64,000 nucleotides of DNA from Oscillospiraceae bacterium (GCA_015067715.1 SVLY01000008.1:740-64739), one strand, 5' to 3'. Positions 36,152 through 46,924 are shown, numbered from the stretch's first letter. Program-made: numbers and translations. Notes: generated by a model not told the origin, from the sequence alone.

Positions 36152-37564
36152 TTGCGATTTTTCTCCCGATACACCTTCCGTTTTTCCCTGTGCCTTGTTC
36201 TTGTTACGCTGATGTTCGTTCTGATATGCACCTGTCTTATTCCGCCGGTGCTGAAAAACGCGCTTTTGGAGTCAAAGCGCAATTTCATGCTTCAAAGTTC
36301 GGAATTTGTTCTCACGCCTCTTGAAAACGGACATTTCAATAGCGTCATGGCCTCTGTACCAAAGGACAACGCAATGCGGCTCATCATTGCGGACAGCCGC
36401 CTTACCGTGATCCACGACAGCGCTACCCAAGGAAATATAAAAGGAAAGTACCTTGTTCTCCCCGGTGTGGACAAGGCTTTTTCCGGTGAAGCTTATTACA
36501 ACGCATATTCCGAAAAGAATGATTTCGTTTACAATATGCTTCGCTCCTTCACCTTCGACGGAAATGATTACGTGCTGTTTATGCGCTATACCGACGGAGA
36601 TTCCGCCCAACTTTTTAAGACCTGTAAACAGGTTTGCATTTTTTCCGGGATTCTTCTCCTTCTCGTCCCGGTTGCTCTGCTTATCGCCCAGATAGTCAGC
36701 TTCAACAAGAGCATAACCAACCTCTCAAACTCAATAACCCATCTCACAACGGGTAAATACGTTCCCGGCCAGGCAGACACCGCCTCGGACGAGATCGCGG
36801 ACATATCCCGTCACTTAGACGAATTCGCCGCCCACCAGGCTAAGACCGAGGAGCTTCGCCGCACCTTCGTTTCCGATGCATCCCACGAGCTAAAAACACC
36901 TCTTGCGGCGGTAAAGCTTTTATCCGACACGATACTCCTCACCCCGAAAATGTCTCACGAGGACGTCAGGGAATTTTTGACGGACATATCCAACGAGATA
37001 GACCGTCTCACCCGTATCTGTACAAGGCTATTGCAGATAACCAAGTTCGACGCTTTTTCCGACAAAGCCGATCTGGTTCCCCTGGACCTTGCAACAGTTG
37101 CGGAAAACGTTTCCCGAATGCTCTCAAAATCTGCCACCGCCGCAGGACTGGACCTTCGGTGCGAGATCCAGGACGGGTGCTACGTTTCAGCCAATTACGA
37201 CCTTGTTTTCCAGGTGTTTTATAACCTCATTGAAAACGCCATAAAATACGGCGCCGACGGAAATGAGGTCCGGATCTTTCTTTATCAGAAAGACAGCTCT
37301 GTTATCTTTATCGTGGATGACGACGGCGCCGGCATCCCGGAAAACGACCTCAAACGCATATTTGACCGCTTTTACCGTGTGGACAAAGCGCGCTCACGGG
37401 CAACAGGGGGCACCGGACTGGGGCTTTCCATTGTTGCGACCGCCGTTGCCACCTGCCGGGGCACCGTTGAAGCCCAAAACCGCTCCCCCCACGGTGCGCG
37501 TTTTATTGTCAGATTCCCCTCCTGCCCCAAGCCCACAGCCAACGAGGACGGTGAGCCTTCATGA
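36152..37564 (+). CDS. sensor histidine kinase
   Basis: Two transmembrane segments, H-box FVSDASHELKTPL, N-box NLIENAIKY, G-boxes DDGAGIP and GGTGLGLSIV. TTG start after GGAGGG. Confidence 0.9.
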   Translation: MRFFSRYTFRFSLCLVLVTLMFVLICTCLIPPVLKNALLESKRNFMLQSSEFVLTPLENGHFNSVMASVPKDNAMRLIIADSRLTVIHDSATQGNIKGKYLVLPGVDKAFSGEAYYNAYSEKNDFVYNMLRSFTFDGNDYVLFMRYTDGDSAQLFKTCKQVCIFSGILLLLVPVALLIAQIVSFNKSITNLSNSITHLTTGKYVPGQADTASDEIADISRHLDEFAAHQAKTEELRRTFVSDASHELKTPLAAVKLLSDTILLTPKMSHEDVREFLTDISNEIDRLTRICTRLLQITKFDAFSDKADLVPLDLATVAENVSRMLSKSATAAGLDLRCEIQDGCYVSANYDLVFQVFYNLIENAIKYGADGNEVRIFLYQKDSSVIFIVDDDGAGIPENDLKRIFDRFYRVDKARSRATGGTGLGLSIVATAVATCRGTVEAQNRSPHGARFIVRFPSCPKPTANEDGEPS

Positions 37565-38481
37565 ACCAGAAGTTAAAAACAGCTTTGCTCGTTATCGCCG
37601 CTTTTGTCACACTTGGGGTTTTGGCTTTTTTTGCGTATAAACCCCTTACCTCGGGTTTTACCAAGCATAAGACCTACACCCACTGGTACGTCGCCACCGA
37701 CAACCCGGAGGAGCTGTTCGGCTCAGAGGAATTCTCCTATTCCGCGACCACCGAGGACCGGGCTCTTTACCACAGCATAATTGAAAGACTTATCTCATCC
37801 CCGACCGATTCCGGTCTTGAATCCCCCTTTGCCCCCAACACAAAGGTTCGAAGTATAACTCTTCGCGATTCAACTCTTCATGTCAACTTCTCCCAGGAAT
37901 TTGCGCTTATGTCAGATCTGGAGCAGACTCTTGCAAAATACTGTCTTGCCAAAACCTTTTCGGTTTTTGGGGATGTCTCAAGATTTCAGCTCTCTGTGGA
38001 GGGCGCGCCCCTCAACGGAATGAACGACTCGTTTTTTTCCATTGAAGACTGTGTTTCCGGCTTTGATTCGCTCTACCCCCGCACAACGGAGATAATAATC
38101 TATTCCCTCTCCCCATCCCAGACCCATCTTGACTCCCGTATGGAGCAGTTCAACTGGTACTCCCACGAATCTCTCCCCCGTATCGTTGTCACAAGGCTGT
38201 TAACGGAAAACTCCGGCGGCGCCTTTCCTCCGGGAACAAAGCTCAATTCCATCCACACGACCGTGGACACGGTCTATATTGAAATGTCTTTGGAATTCGG
38301 CAACGTAAAAAGCGATACCCACGGAGCGTTGGCCATGTATTCTCTTATAAACACGGTAGCCTCCATTCCGGACGTTACCTACGTTGTCATCACGCTGAAC
38401 GGCGAACTGTCCTCCGTTGGAGGCGTGCCCCTTGATACGCCGCTTTTACCGGATATGTCCTACCTTAACACCAAATCGTAA
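37561..38481 (+). CDS. membrane-anchored hypothetical protein (possibly GerMN-domain)
   Basis: N-terminal transmembrane segment. ATGA overlap with the kinase gene. The GerMN assignment is a weak recollection from the repeated ...TLHVNFSQEF / ...VYIEMSLEF segments. Confidence 0.55.
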   Translation: MNQKLKTALLVIAAFVTLGVLAFFAYKPLTSGFTKHKTYTHWYVATDNPEELFGSEEFSYSATTEDRALYHSIIERLISSPTDSGLESPFAPNTKVRSITLRDSTLHVNFSQEFALMSDLEQTLAKYCLAKTFSVFGDVSRFQLSVEGAPLNGMNDSFFSIEDCVSGFDSLYPRTTEIIIYSLSPSQTHLDSRMEQFNWYSHESLPRIVVTRLLTENSGGAFPPGTKLNSIHTTVDTVYIEMSLEFGNVKSDTHGALAMYSLINTVASIPDVTYVVITLNGELSSVGGVPLDTPLLPDMSYLNTKS

Positions 38482-38497
38482 ATAGGAGTTTGGGTTT

Positions 38498-39505
38498 ATG
38501 AATTTTCCCGATTGGTCAAAAGAGACATGGACCGACTGTCACGAAAATCCCGTTATCGGCTTTTACAGGGATCATGAATGCGGCTTTGCCATTGGCGATC
38601 CGCAAATACTGACTCCAGGTCAGTTTGACAGCAAATGGCACGCCTTTTACCACGGTTTTTACGAAGACTTCACACCTTTTTACCACAGGCTCGATTCTTC
38701 AGACGGTATCCGCTGGACACTTAATAATAAATGGCCATGGAAAGTAGGACCCACCTGTCTTTTCCATGAAGGAGACACATGGTATCTCTATCTTACATGT
38801 TATACCACGGAAACCGAGCGCATGGAATACGGCCCCATAAGCACCTATATAGCAATGCGGTCCAGCAGGGACCTGATAAACTGGTCTGATCCCGAACCCA
38901 TCCTTTTCCCTGAACTTTCATGGGAGAGAGAATATATGCCCGTATGCTACACCGCTATACAGGTCAGAAATCCCTGTGTTGTAAAACTTCCCAACGGCAT
39001 ATTCCGTATGTACTACAGCGGCGGAACTGTCATGCTGCCCCACTGCAACTACGAAGAGCCAAAACATATCAGCTTCGCAGATGCCCTTACGCCCTGTGGT
39101 CCTTTTATAAAACACGGAGAGCCCATTCTCTCTCCCGACGAAAGACTTTCCCACAGAAATTTCGGTGCAGGCGCACTCAAGGTTTTCGGTTACGGAGAAG
39201 ATTATCTCGGACTTTACAACTCGATTTATCTGGACGGCGATGGCTATCCCCATTCCGCAATAAACCTGATAATGAGCAAAGACGGGACCCATTGGGAAGA
39301 AGCTCCCTATAACCCCATCATTCCGCCCGCACCCGGCGGAGAGGATTTTAAAAAACAGTTTGTTTACCAGCTTGATCTTGTTCGCGTACCTGACGGACTC
39401 CGCATTTATTACAACGGAAGAGATAAATGGAGCGACGGGATCGAGCGAATCGGAATGTCATCACGTCCCGACGATCCTTCAATATATAAGCTTTGGGATC
39501 TTTAA
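38498..39505 (+). CDS. cytoplasmic beta-propeller glycosidase-like protein (GH43/GH130-type fold)
   Basis: 335 aa with W/Y-rich blade-like segments (GDPQIL, WYLYLT, RNPCVVKLPNGIFRMYYSG, IRIYYNGRD). No signal peptide. Confidence 0.45.
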   Translation: MNFPDWSKETWTDCHENPVIGFYRDHECGFAIGDPQILTPGQFDSKWHAFYHGFYEDFTPFYHRLDSSDGIRWTLNNKWPWKVGPTCLFHEGDTWYLYLTCYTTETERMEYGPISTYIAMRSSRDLINWSDPEPILFPELSWEREYMPVCYTAIQVRNPCVVKLPNGIFRMYYSGGTVMLPHCNYEEPKHISFADALTPCGPFIKHGEPILSPDERLSHRNFGAGALKVFGYGEDYLGLYNSIYLDGDGYPHSAINLIMSKDGTHWEEAPYNPIIPPAPGGEDFKKQFVYQLDLVRVPDGLRIYYNGRDKWSDGIERIGMSSRPDDPSIYKLWDL

Positions 39506-39532
39506 ACATTATCCCCCCAAAAAACAGCACAA

Positions 39533-39571
39533 AAACGGTCTGCTCTTTGTCCGTTAAAGAGCAGACCGTTT
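39533..39571. terminator. bidirectional intrinsic terminator
   Basis: 16-bp stem aaacggtctgctcttt/aaagagcagaccgttt with a 7-nt loop, between convergent genes. Confidence 0.8.
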
Positions 39572-39573
39572 CT

Positions 39574-42500
39574 TTATACAGTGACGTTGAGTTCGATCTC
39601 TCCGCCGGAAAGAACCGCAGAGCCGTCACGCCTCGCGCCGGTTCTTTTTACGTTTATACGGCAAAGAGTACCCTTTACCTTCAGCTCACAGCAATAGCCG
39701 TCCATCCGGGAGGGAAGCCGGGGAGAAACCCTGAGCTCTCCCGAAACGAGCCTTATACCAAGCATCTCTTCAACAACCGTTCTCCTGAACCATCCGGCAG
39801 AGCCGGTGTACCAGCTCCAGCCGCATTGTCCTTTGTCCGAAACGTCAGCGGCGATGACGAAGGGCTCTCCGCCGTAGTTTTCCGAATGCCCAAGGTCAAG
39901 AACGTCCCGCAAGACCCCGTAGCCCTCGTCCGGCCGTCCTGCCCGGAAAAGAGCCGTCGCAAGCCACATTGCCCCGTGGGTGTACTGTCCTCCGTTTTCA
40001 CGCACCCCCGGAGGGTAATCCCCGATATATCCCAGGGCAGGATCTGTTACCGGCCTGTCGAAAAGCTTCCACACACCGTTTTTCTCCCGGAGAAGTCGCA
40101 CCGCCGTATCCAGGGCGAGCTTCCGCCTCTCCTCCTGCTCTCCGTCTGCCCGGACGAACCAGGAAAAGCTCTGGGCAATTGAATCAATACCCATAAAGGG
40201 GCTGCCTTTTGACCCCACAGAAACTCCGCTGTCCGTCCACGCTCTTACAAATCTGTCCCCATCCCAGGCATTGAAGGCAGCCCAGGCCGTTTGAGCCGCT
40301 TTTGCCTCAAGATCCCAGGGAGAAGAGCGCGAATATTTTTTGCACATATCCCCAAAAAGCTCCATGGTTCCGGCTGCAAAAAATGCCAGCCACACGCTAA
40401 CTCCCCGGCCCTTTTCACCGAGGCGGGAGAACCCGTCGTTCCAGTCCCCCCCAAGGATATAGGGCAGTCCTCTTCCGTCAAAGCCCCGTGAAAAGAACAT
40501 ATTCAGAGCGCGAATGGAGTGAGAAAAAACGCTCTCCTCCACGGACGAGTATGCAACAGCTTCGTATCTGTCGCCCTCCTCTTCACCCAGAGGCGGAGAG
40601 GAGAGATATTTCACCTTTACGTCCAGAAGATCCCTGTCGCCGGTGGAAAGAACGTATTCCGCAGTTTCTCTCACAAGCCACAAAAGGTCGTCGGAGCACC
40701 GCGTGCGGACGCCCCGGCAAAAGTCCGGTGCCCCCTCATGGAACCAGTGCATAACGTCCCCCTCCTCATACTGGTGGGCACAGCACCGCAAAAGCTGTTC
40801 ACGGAGTAATTCCGGGGACGTGAGCAAAAGCGCCGCGCTGTCCTGAAGCTGATCTCTGAAGCCCACGGCGCCTCCGTTTTGAAACACCGAGCTCTTGGCC
40901 CAAAGCCGGGAGACCCTTATCTGATATTCAGACCAGACGTTGATATATTCATCCAAAACACTGTCCCCGGTGCTTATCCTGAGGCTGTCATACCGCCGGG
41001 CGGCAAGGGCTTTTTCAAGTCCTTCTCTGTAAAACGCCCCTTCATAAACTCCGTGAGCCTCGTCCGTTGAGACCGTGAGCACAAGGCTTCCGCACGGAGG
41101 GATACGCAAACGTCCGCAAAACTCCCGGTTCTCTACGGGGTCTTCCCTTTCAAATCCGGAAAGCCACGCAGTTTTGTCAAGGCCTGCCTTCTCAGGCTTT
41201 TCGCTCCACTGCGCAAAGACGGTCGTCCCCGTTGGGTCCGCAGGATTCCGCCCGGTAAACACGCCGTCGGCATAGTCCGTAAAAACGTGTTCCCGGTCGG
41301 CCTCTTTTTCACAGAGGCAGGGCTCCATGCGCCACAAAACAGTTTCTCCCACGGCGTCTTCGGTCTCCACAGCAAAAACCAGCACCGGGCTTCCCGGAGC
41401 GACCCATGCAGTTGTCTTAAAGGTCTTTCCCTGTATTTTCCGCTCCCAAACAACTGCCCCGGGCAAAAAGCGCACAGAAGAGCCCATTCCGTCGTTGGAG
41501 GCAAACAGCGAATACCGCCTTCCGTTTTGCACCGTCCAAAGCTCAAATCCACGCCCCGCGTTGGCGTAAGGGTCGTTTTGCCATGGAATAAGCTTCAGCA
41601 TTCTGGAATTACGGCTGTATATCAGCACAGGACCGATATCTGCCATTACGCATCCAAAGCAGGGATTTGCAAGAGGCTCGGAATGAACTCTCAAAGCAAG
41701 GCTTCCGTCCCTTAAGGTAAGCGCCGGGGGGTATTTTTCCCGGAACAACCCGGCATTACCCTGGCCGATACGCATACTGTACATTTCAAGAGCTTTAACG
41801 GTTTTATCCGAAACAGAGCCCCGGTCGATAACGTGAACACCGCCGTTTTGGTTCAGCGCCTCCTCACAGCCTGCAAGCCGTACTGCCGTACCCACTCCGT
41901 TAAAGCCCGGCCTGTCATAGCTTCCCCCGTCGGAAGAAACCAGCGCAAGGTCGTACCTTATGCCAAAGCGCCGGCAGAGCCTGTGGACCTTTAAAGCGGA
42001 AAACACGGCGGTCAAAAACGCGCTTTCAGAAAGATGGTCCTCCGCAGAGACCAACACTATGGGATCATCTCCGGATATCCGAAGCTCCCATAGATATTCT
42101 TTCCCCAGCGGCAGATATCCCCTGCCCCCTCCCTTGCCGGAAAGCACTGCGGCCACCGTGTCAAGAGCTTCGCTCCAGAGCCTGCCGTCAAGACCAAGGG
42201 CATTTGCGGCGGTAGCAAACCCCCGGGCACGACGTTTGGGAACGTTTTCTTTTGAGAGCCTGCCAACAGAGAGAGAAAAGCTCTTTTCTCCCCGGAACAC
42301 ACCGCAAAAGCAGGGATCGCCCCGGGATGAGGTTGCCGCCGGGAACTCAATTATGCCCTTCGGGTCGGAAATACCGCCCCTGCCAAGAACCGCCCTTCTG
42401 GAAACACAAATTCTGTCCGGCGCTTTGTCCCAGATAAGGGAATAAAACCTGTCCCCATCTGCGCTGTCATGACGGATAATATCCGCGCCGTCTCCGCTCT

Positions 42501-45500
42501 CCCGAAGCGTAAGCTCAAGCTTCAGTCTCTCAAATTCCGGGTGCGCGGAATATTTTTCGTCCGAGCAGAGCTGAGGCTCAAAATACACCCCGATCTCCGC
42601 CTCCCCGGGTGAATCACAGAAAAGTTCAAAGCTGTGGGTCTCATAGGGCGCGCCACGGGTGACGTACACAGTTTCTCTCACCTGAAGTCCCCTGGTCTCA
42701 AAAAGATACTCCACCCTGTCCCCGTATACCCCGAAGCTCCGTTTTACACCGCTCTCCTCTGAGGGGCCCTTGATCCAAAAGGCTTTCCCCCCATATCTCA
42801 CCGCAGAGATAAATCCCGGCTCTCTGCGGTAGATAATATCCTCTCCCGCATTGCACTGACCTGCCCCCGTAGAAAACTGCACAGAAGTAAGCTCAAGGTT
42901 GGAAAGTACACCCACGGGAGGACGGCAAATATCCCACTCTGTGAAGACCCTGTCGGCGTAGACGGGAGACAGGCTTCTGTGCCTGCGGTAAATACTTGTA
43001 CTGTGTTTGCCCCTTTTAGGGTTATCCTCAGGTATCTGCTCGCAAAGAAGCTGTTTTATTGCCCCAAATTCGCTTACAGACATAAATGCGTGGGAGAGAG
43101 CGTTTTCACACAGGGCATTTGCAACCGAACAAAGGCTCATCCCCAGATGGTGAGTCATATAGGTCCGAACAGGCATATATTCCGTGTCTGAGGGCAAACG
43201 TGAGGGAGTAAACTCAACGGCATCGCACATTCCAAACCGCCCAAGAAGTCCAAGCTCCTCCAGCGACTCAAGGCCTTTTACTCCCCGCCTTACCCCGCGT
43301 GACAACGCCAAACAAACAGAATAGGGAGATACTGCGTATTCATCCCCATCAATATTCCCTCTGGCAAGCACCGGGTCGCCGTGAGCCTTGTACTGATAAT
43401 TCATTGCGCTGTCGAAGGTCAGATAACAGCATTCCGAAACGCCCCAGGGAGCGTTTCGCTTTTCAGCGGTCTTTCTTTGAGTGTGGATGGCAAATTCACC
43501 GCTCTCCCAAAGCAGAGTACCCCTGTAAGCCGGAAGAAATATGTCCGGCATAAGATATTCAAAAAGACTTCCGCTCCAGGCGGTAAGTCCGCAGTAGCCC
43601 CGGAAAGAGGTCATGTGCCGCGAAAGCGCACTCCAATGCTCTGCGGGCACGTCCCCCTTAGCTATGGCAACGTAGCTTGTGAGCCTTGCTTCGCTGGAGA
43701 GCATATCGTAAAACCCGCCCAGACGTTTTTTGTCACTGTCCAGTCCGATGGCCATGAGCTTTTTCTCTTTGTCGTAAAAAACAGACAGATCGGTGTTTCT
43801 CCACAGCGCGTCCAGCCTTGCCACCAAAACGGAATGCCCGTCCCCCTGTTTTTCAAAGCACCTGGCGGCAGTTGCGGCACAGGCGGCAAAGTTTCCGCTG
43901 TCCACAGAGGAGATATATCTGGGCTCAAGGGGTACGGGATCGGAGCATCCGTACCAGTTATAAAGATTTCCCCGGTATTTTTCAAGCCTTTCCGCTTTGC
44001 CGGTAAGCTCAGAGCATTTTTTTGCCGCCTCTTCCCAGGATACCCTGCCAAGACAGGCCAGCGCGCACCAGGAGAGAAGGTAAAAGCCCAGGTTTGTGGG
44101 GCTTGTTCTGTCCGCCCAGCCGATGAAGGGCTGTTCCTGAAAATTATCCGGCGGAAGCTGATAGCCGCACTCAGAAAGTTTATTAAAATAGCTGCCCATT
44201 TTTTCGGCGTGGTCTGAAAGCAGCCGTCTGTCACTCTCACGAACGATCCTTTCGTCAGTTATGGGCTGGGAAAGATAGGATGCGTACAGCGGCGCCAGAA
44301 ACCATATCACAGCAAGGGCAAAGCACGGCACGTCCATTCCCACAAGCACCGTCACGGCACCGGTCACAACGCAGGAGAGCATTGAAAACCAGGTTTTAAA
44401 CAGTCCCCCGGGAGAGCGCCTGTCCCCCTCGGCGGCGGTCACCCACTCAAGCATTTTCTTTTTGGTTACCGTCATGCGCCAGACGGACAGAAAAACGGAT
44501 CTTAAGCAGGTCCAGGCCTCACGGGGAAGAAATACAAACCGCGAAAACCCCAGCATAACCCCGCCTCGCCAGCCGGAATACACCTGGGAATGTCTTCTCT
44601 GAAAAAACTGCCAGGGCCGTCTTGCACGAAGAACGATATTTATGATAAACTGAAGTCCCAGCCACACAAGAGCAACTACGGCGCCTGCGCTAAAGTCGCT
44701 GTATCCCCAGACCGATAAAACAATGCATAGAAGTGCAGAGACCGGAGCAAAAGCCCGGAGAAAGTTTTTTGCGATGCGGTAACGGGTCACCGGGCTGAGC
44801 TGAACTCTGCTGTCAAAGATCCAGGGTAAAAGCTGGGTATCTCCCCTTGTCCATCTGCCAAGCCGTTTGAAATAGCCGCTGACGGTAGACGGAAAACCGT
44901 CTGCAAAGGTCACCGAATGAGCGTATCCGCAGCCAACACATCCGCCCTCAAGAATATCGTGAGACAATATGCGCCCATTGGGGAGCTTTGTTTCCAGGAC
45001 CGAGATAAGGGCGTTTGCATCTATTATCCCCTTTCCCGTGAAGTCAGACGAACCGAAGAGGCACCACTCCACGTCGGTGAGAGGGGAAGAATACCTGTCA
45101 GTTCCGCCTTTGCCGGCATATATCCGGGAAAGCATGGTTCTTGAAGCGGAAAGCAGATCCACACTCACCGCAGGCTTTACAATGCCGTAGCCCGAAACAA
45201 GCCTCCCCTCCGGTGATATCACCGCCCGGTTCACAGGATGGGATATGGCGCCGATCAGAGGCTTTATATTTCCCGGCATTGGTTCGGTATCGGCGTCGAG
45301 AGTGAGGATGTATTTTGCCCTGAGCGAGCCGGGCTCTGAGCCGAAAAGACGTATTTCCGTTTTCCTTCCGCAGGCAAGACCGGCAAGGGCCATAATGGCT
45401 CCCCGTTTTCGCTCAGAAGGGATAAACGCGCCCTCACCTTCAGACCAGACCCGGTCACGGTAAGCCGCAAAAAAGCAATTGCCGAAACTCTCGTTCAGCC

Positions 45501-46797
45501 GTTCTATGCCAAGCCTTGCACAGGAGAGTATATCTTCGTCCCCGCCGGCGGTCTGTTCAGCGCTGTCCGGAAGATCCATAAGCAGACCGAATTTCACGTT
45601 TTCTTTACAGTCCGGGTTAGCAAGACGGTAGGAAAGCAGTTTCTCCAGATGAGTCGTGACGGTTTTCGAGCTGTCTGAGAGAAGAGATATGACACAAAGC
45701 GTTGCGCTTTCTTCCGGAACACCATTTTTAAGCTCCAGCGCACAGAGTACCCTCGGGCGGACAAAGCGCGGCGCAAGGAAATTCATCAGGACGGTGATGA
45801 TCTCTCTCCAGACCGGATAGGTCAAAACACCGCACAGAGCGTTTCCGGCAAGACCGCAAAGCACCGCTCCAAAAACAGGAAGTGCATTTTCAAGGGCGAG
45901 CCAGATCATCCTTCCGGTTTTGCGCCTTGTCTCAACAGCGCGGAGTGATACCGCCAGCTCTGTGACCCCCCTGTCCCGGTCCGAGCTTTGAAGTATATCG
46001 GAAAGCACGGCCTCCTCGGAGGTTCCCTCGAGCTTTGCGGCCTCAGAGACGAGGTATCTGATATACGCTTTAGTCTCCTCGGAGGAAACGGGATACGCCC
46101 CGGCAGGGTCACGGTTCAGCATCTTCTCGTTTTCACAGCAGTACAGCGCTCCCCGGCAAAGGGCTTTGCTTTCAAACCGGGAAAGCATATGAAGATACAC
46201 CCTTGCCTGTTCCTCAAGTCCCCGGGAAAGCTCGTTTTGCTTGTCGCGAACAAGCCTGCGGTCGGAACGAAAGGCCCCTTCGTTCCCGGAGAAAGGGAAA
46301 CGTGATTCAAGCTCAAGATGTCTTCTGCAAAGCTCTCCAAGGCAGAGCAACAGGCCAAGACGGGCAAAAAGGTAAAAATTATCCGCCTCTGAAAACCCAA
46401 GCCTGCGGTGCTTCTCGGCGCCGGAAATGAACCGTTCAAGGCAGGCGGTATTTGCACATTCCTCCCCCGCGCGGACAAAGCCGAGCCCAAGATACAAAAC
46501 GGCGGGATAACCACCGCAGGACGGAAAACATAGTCCCTTCAACCCGTCAAGACTTGAAAATGCTTCTTCAATTCTGAAAAGCTCGCCGGATATAAGCCGG
46601 AAAAAGCCGGATTCGGTCTTCGGAAGAGAGCGGACGACGGCCATTGCCTTTTTTGCCCGGGACAGGGCTTTGGCGGCCGTGCATTTTCTTTTGTCTAAAA
46701 CAGTATCTGCGGCACAGTTTTTTCCGTAAAGTTCAAGCTTTTCCGGTACAACGTAGAACCTGTCGCACAGGTTTTCAAGTATAGAGTCCAAAGACAT
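39574..46797 (-). CDS. cyclic beta-1,2-glucan synthase-like giant protein (GT84-type transferase + alpha6/alpha6 middle domain + GH94-type phosphorylase domain)
   Basis: 2407 aa. Transferase region LTLDADTEP...ILSHDILEGG...GRWTRGDTQLLPW flanked by transmembrane segments. Middle region DNFQEQPFIGWADRTSPTNLGFYLLS. C-terminal region FRDQLQD, GGDWNDG and ENGGQYTHGAMW, typical of GH94. GGAGG RBS 9 nt upstream of the ATG. Confidence 0.8.
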   Translation of the reverse strand: MSLDSILENLCDRFYVVPEKLELYGKNCAADTVLDKRKCTAAKALSRAKKAMAVVRSLPKTESGFFRLISGELFRIEEAFSSLDGLKGLCFPSCGGYPAVLYLGLGFVRAGEECANTACLERFISGAEKHRRLGFSEADNFYLFARLGLLLCLGELCRRHLELESRFPFSGNEGAFRSDRRLVRDKQNELSRGLEEQARVYLHMLSRFESKALCRGALYCCENEKMLNRDPAGAYPVSSEETKAYIRYLVSEAAKLEGTSEEAVLSDILQSSDRDRGVTELAVSLRAVETRRKTGRMIWLALENALPVFGAVLCGLAGNALCGVLTYPVWREIITVLMNFLAPRFVRPRVLCALELKNGVPEESATLCVISLLSDSSKTVTTHLEKLLSYRLANPDCKENVKFGLLMDLPDSAEQTAGGDEDILSCARLGIERLNESFGNCFFAAYRDRVWSEGEGAFIPSERKRGAIMALAGLACGRKTEIRLFGSEPGSLRAKYILTLDADTEPMPGNIKPLIGAISHPVNRAVISPEGRLVSGYGIVKPAVSVDLLSASRTMLSRIYAGKGGTDRYSSPLTDVEWCLFGSSDFTGKGIIDANALISVLETKLPNGRILSHDILEGGCVGCGYAHSVTFADGFPSTVSGYFKRLGRWTRGDTQLLPWIFDSRVQLSPVTRYRIAKNFLRAFAPVSALLCIVLSVWGYSDFSAGAVVALVWLGLQFIINIVLRARRPWQFFQRRHSQVYSGWRGGVMLGFSRFVFLPREAWTCLRSVFLSVWRMTVTKKKMLEWVTAAEGDRRSPGGLFKTWFSMLSCVVTGAVTVLVGMDVPCFALAVIWFLAPLYASYLSQPITDERIVRESDRRLLSDHAEKMGSYFNKLSECGYQLPPDNFQEQPFIGWADRTSPTNLGFYLLSWCALACLGRVSWEEAAKKCSELTGKAERLEKYRGNLYNWYGCSDPVPLEPRYISSVDSGNFAACAATAARCFEKQGDGHSVLVARLDALWRNTDLSVFYDKEKKLMAIGLDSDKKRLGGFYDMLSSEARLTSYVAIAKGDVPAEHWSALSRHMTSFRGYCGLTAWSGSLFEYLMPDIFLPAYRGTLLWESGEFAIHTQRKTAEKRNAPWGVSECCYLTFDSAMNYQYKAHGDPVLARGNIDGDEYAVSPYSVCLALSRGVRRGVKGLESLEELGLLGRFGMCDAVEFTPSRLPSDTEYMPVRTYMTHHLGMSLCSVANALCENALSHAFMSVSEFGAIKQLLCEQIPEDNPKRGKHSTSIYRRHRSLSPVYADRVFTEWDICRPPVGVLSNLELTSVQFSTGAGQCNAGEDIIYRREPGFISAVRYGGKAFWIKGPSEESGVKRSFGVYGDRVEYLFETRGLQVRETVYVTRGAPYETHSFELFCDSPGEAEIGVYFEPQLCSDEKYSAHPEFERLKLELTLRESGDGADIIRHDSADGDRFYSLIWDKAPDRICVSRRAVLGRGGISDPKGIIEFPAATSSRGDPCFCGVFRGEKSFSLSVGRLSKENVPKRRARGFATAANALGLDGRLWSEALDTVAAVLSGKGGGRGYLPLGKEYLWELRISGDDPIVLVSAEDHLSESAFLTAVFSALKVHRLCRRFGIRYDLALVSSDGGSYDRPGFNGVGTAVRLAGCEEALNQNGGVHVIDRGSVSDKTVKALEMYSMRIGQGNAGLFREKYPPALTLRDGSLALRVHSEPLANPCFGCVMADIGPVLIYSRNSRMLKLIPWQNDPYANAGRGFELWTVQNGRRYSLFASNDGMGSSVRFLPGAVVWERKIQGKTFKTTAWVAPGSPVLVFAVETEDAVGETVLWRMEPCLCEKEADREHVFTDYADGVFTGRNPADPTGTTVFAQWSEKPEKAGLDKTAWLSGFEREDPVENREFCGRLRIPPCGSLVLTVSTDEAHGVYEGAFYREGLEKALAARRYDSLRISTGDSVLDEYINVWSEYQIRVSRLWAKSSVFQNGGAVGFRDQLQDSAALLLTSPELLREQLLRCCAHQYEEGDVMHWFHEGAPDFCRGVRTRCSDDLLWLVRETAEYVLSTGDRDLLDVKVKYLSSPPLGEEEGDRYEAVAYSSVEESVFSHSIRALNMFFSRGFDGRGLPYILGGDWNDGFSRLGEKGRGVSVWLAFFAAGTMELFGDMCKKYSRSSPWDLEAKAAQTAWAAFNAWDGDRFVRAWTDSGVSVGSKGSPFMGIDSIAQSFSWFVRADGEQEERRKLALDTAVRLLREKNGVWKLFDRPVTDPALGYIGDYPPGVRENGGQYTHGAMWLATALFRAGRPDEGYGVLRDVLDLGHSENYGGEPFVIAADVSDKGQCGWSWYTGSAGWFRRTVVEEMLGIRLVSGELRVSPRLPSRMDGYCCELKVKGTLCRINVKRTGARRDGSAVLSGGEIELNVTV

Positions 46798-46895
46798 GGT
46801 ATAATGCCTCCGAGGTAAAAATACAAAGAAGTTTTTACAGTGTCAATTACCTATTATTCTCTCAAAAATTATTTTTCTTATACCCATCTTTTCTC

Positions 46896-46924
46896 TTGAC
46901 AAAGGGTTTGGTTTATGTTAAAAT
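46896..46924 (+). promoter_or_regulatory. sigma-70-type promoter of the ylxM-ffh operon
   Basis: TTGACA-17 nt-TAAAAT. Confidence 0.6.

Noticed and set aside
39493-40182. 229-aa plus-strand ORF at the 3' end of the giant gene
   Set aside because: It is antisense to the GH94-like domain, crosses the bidirectional terminator, and has no RBS.
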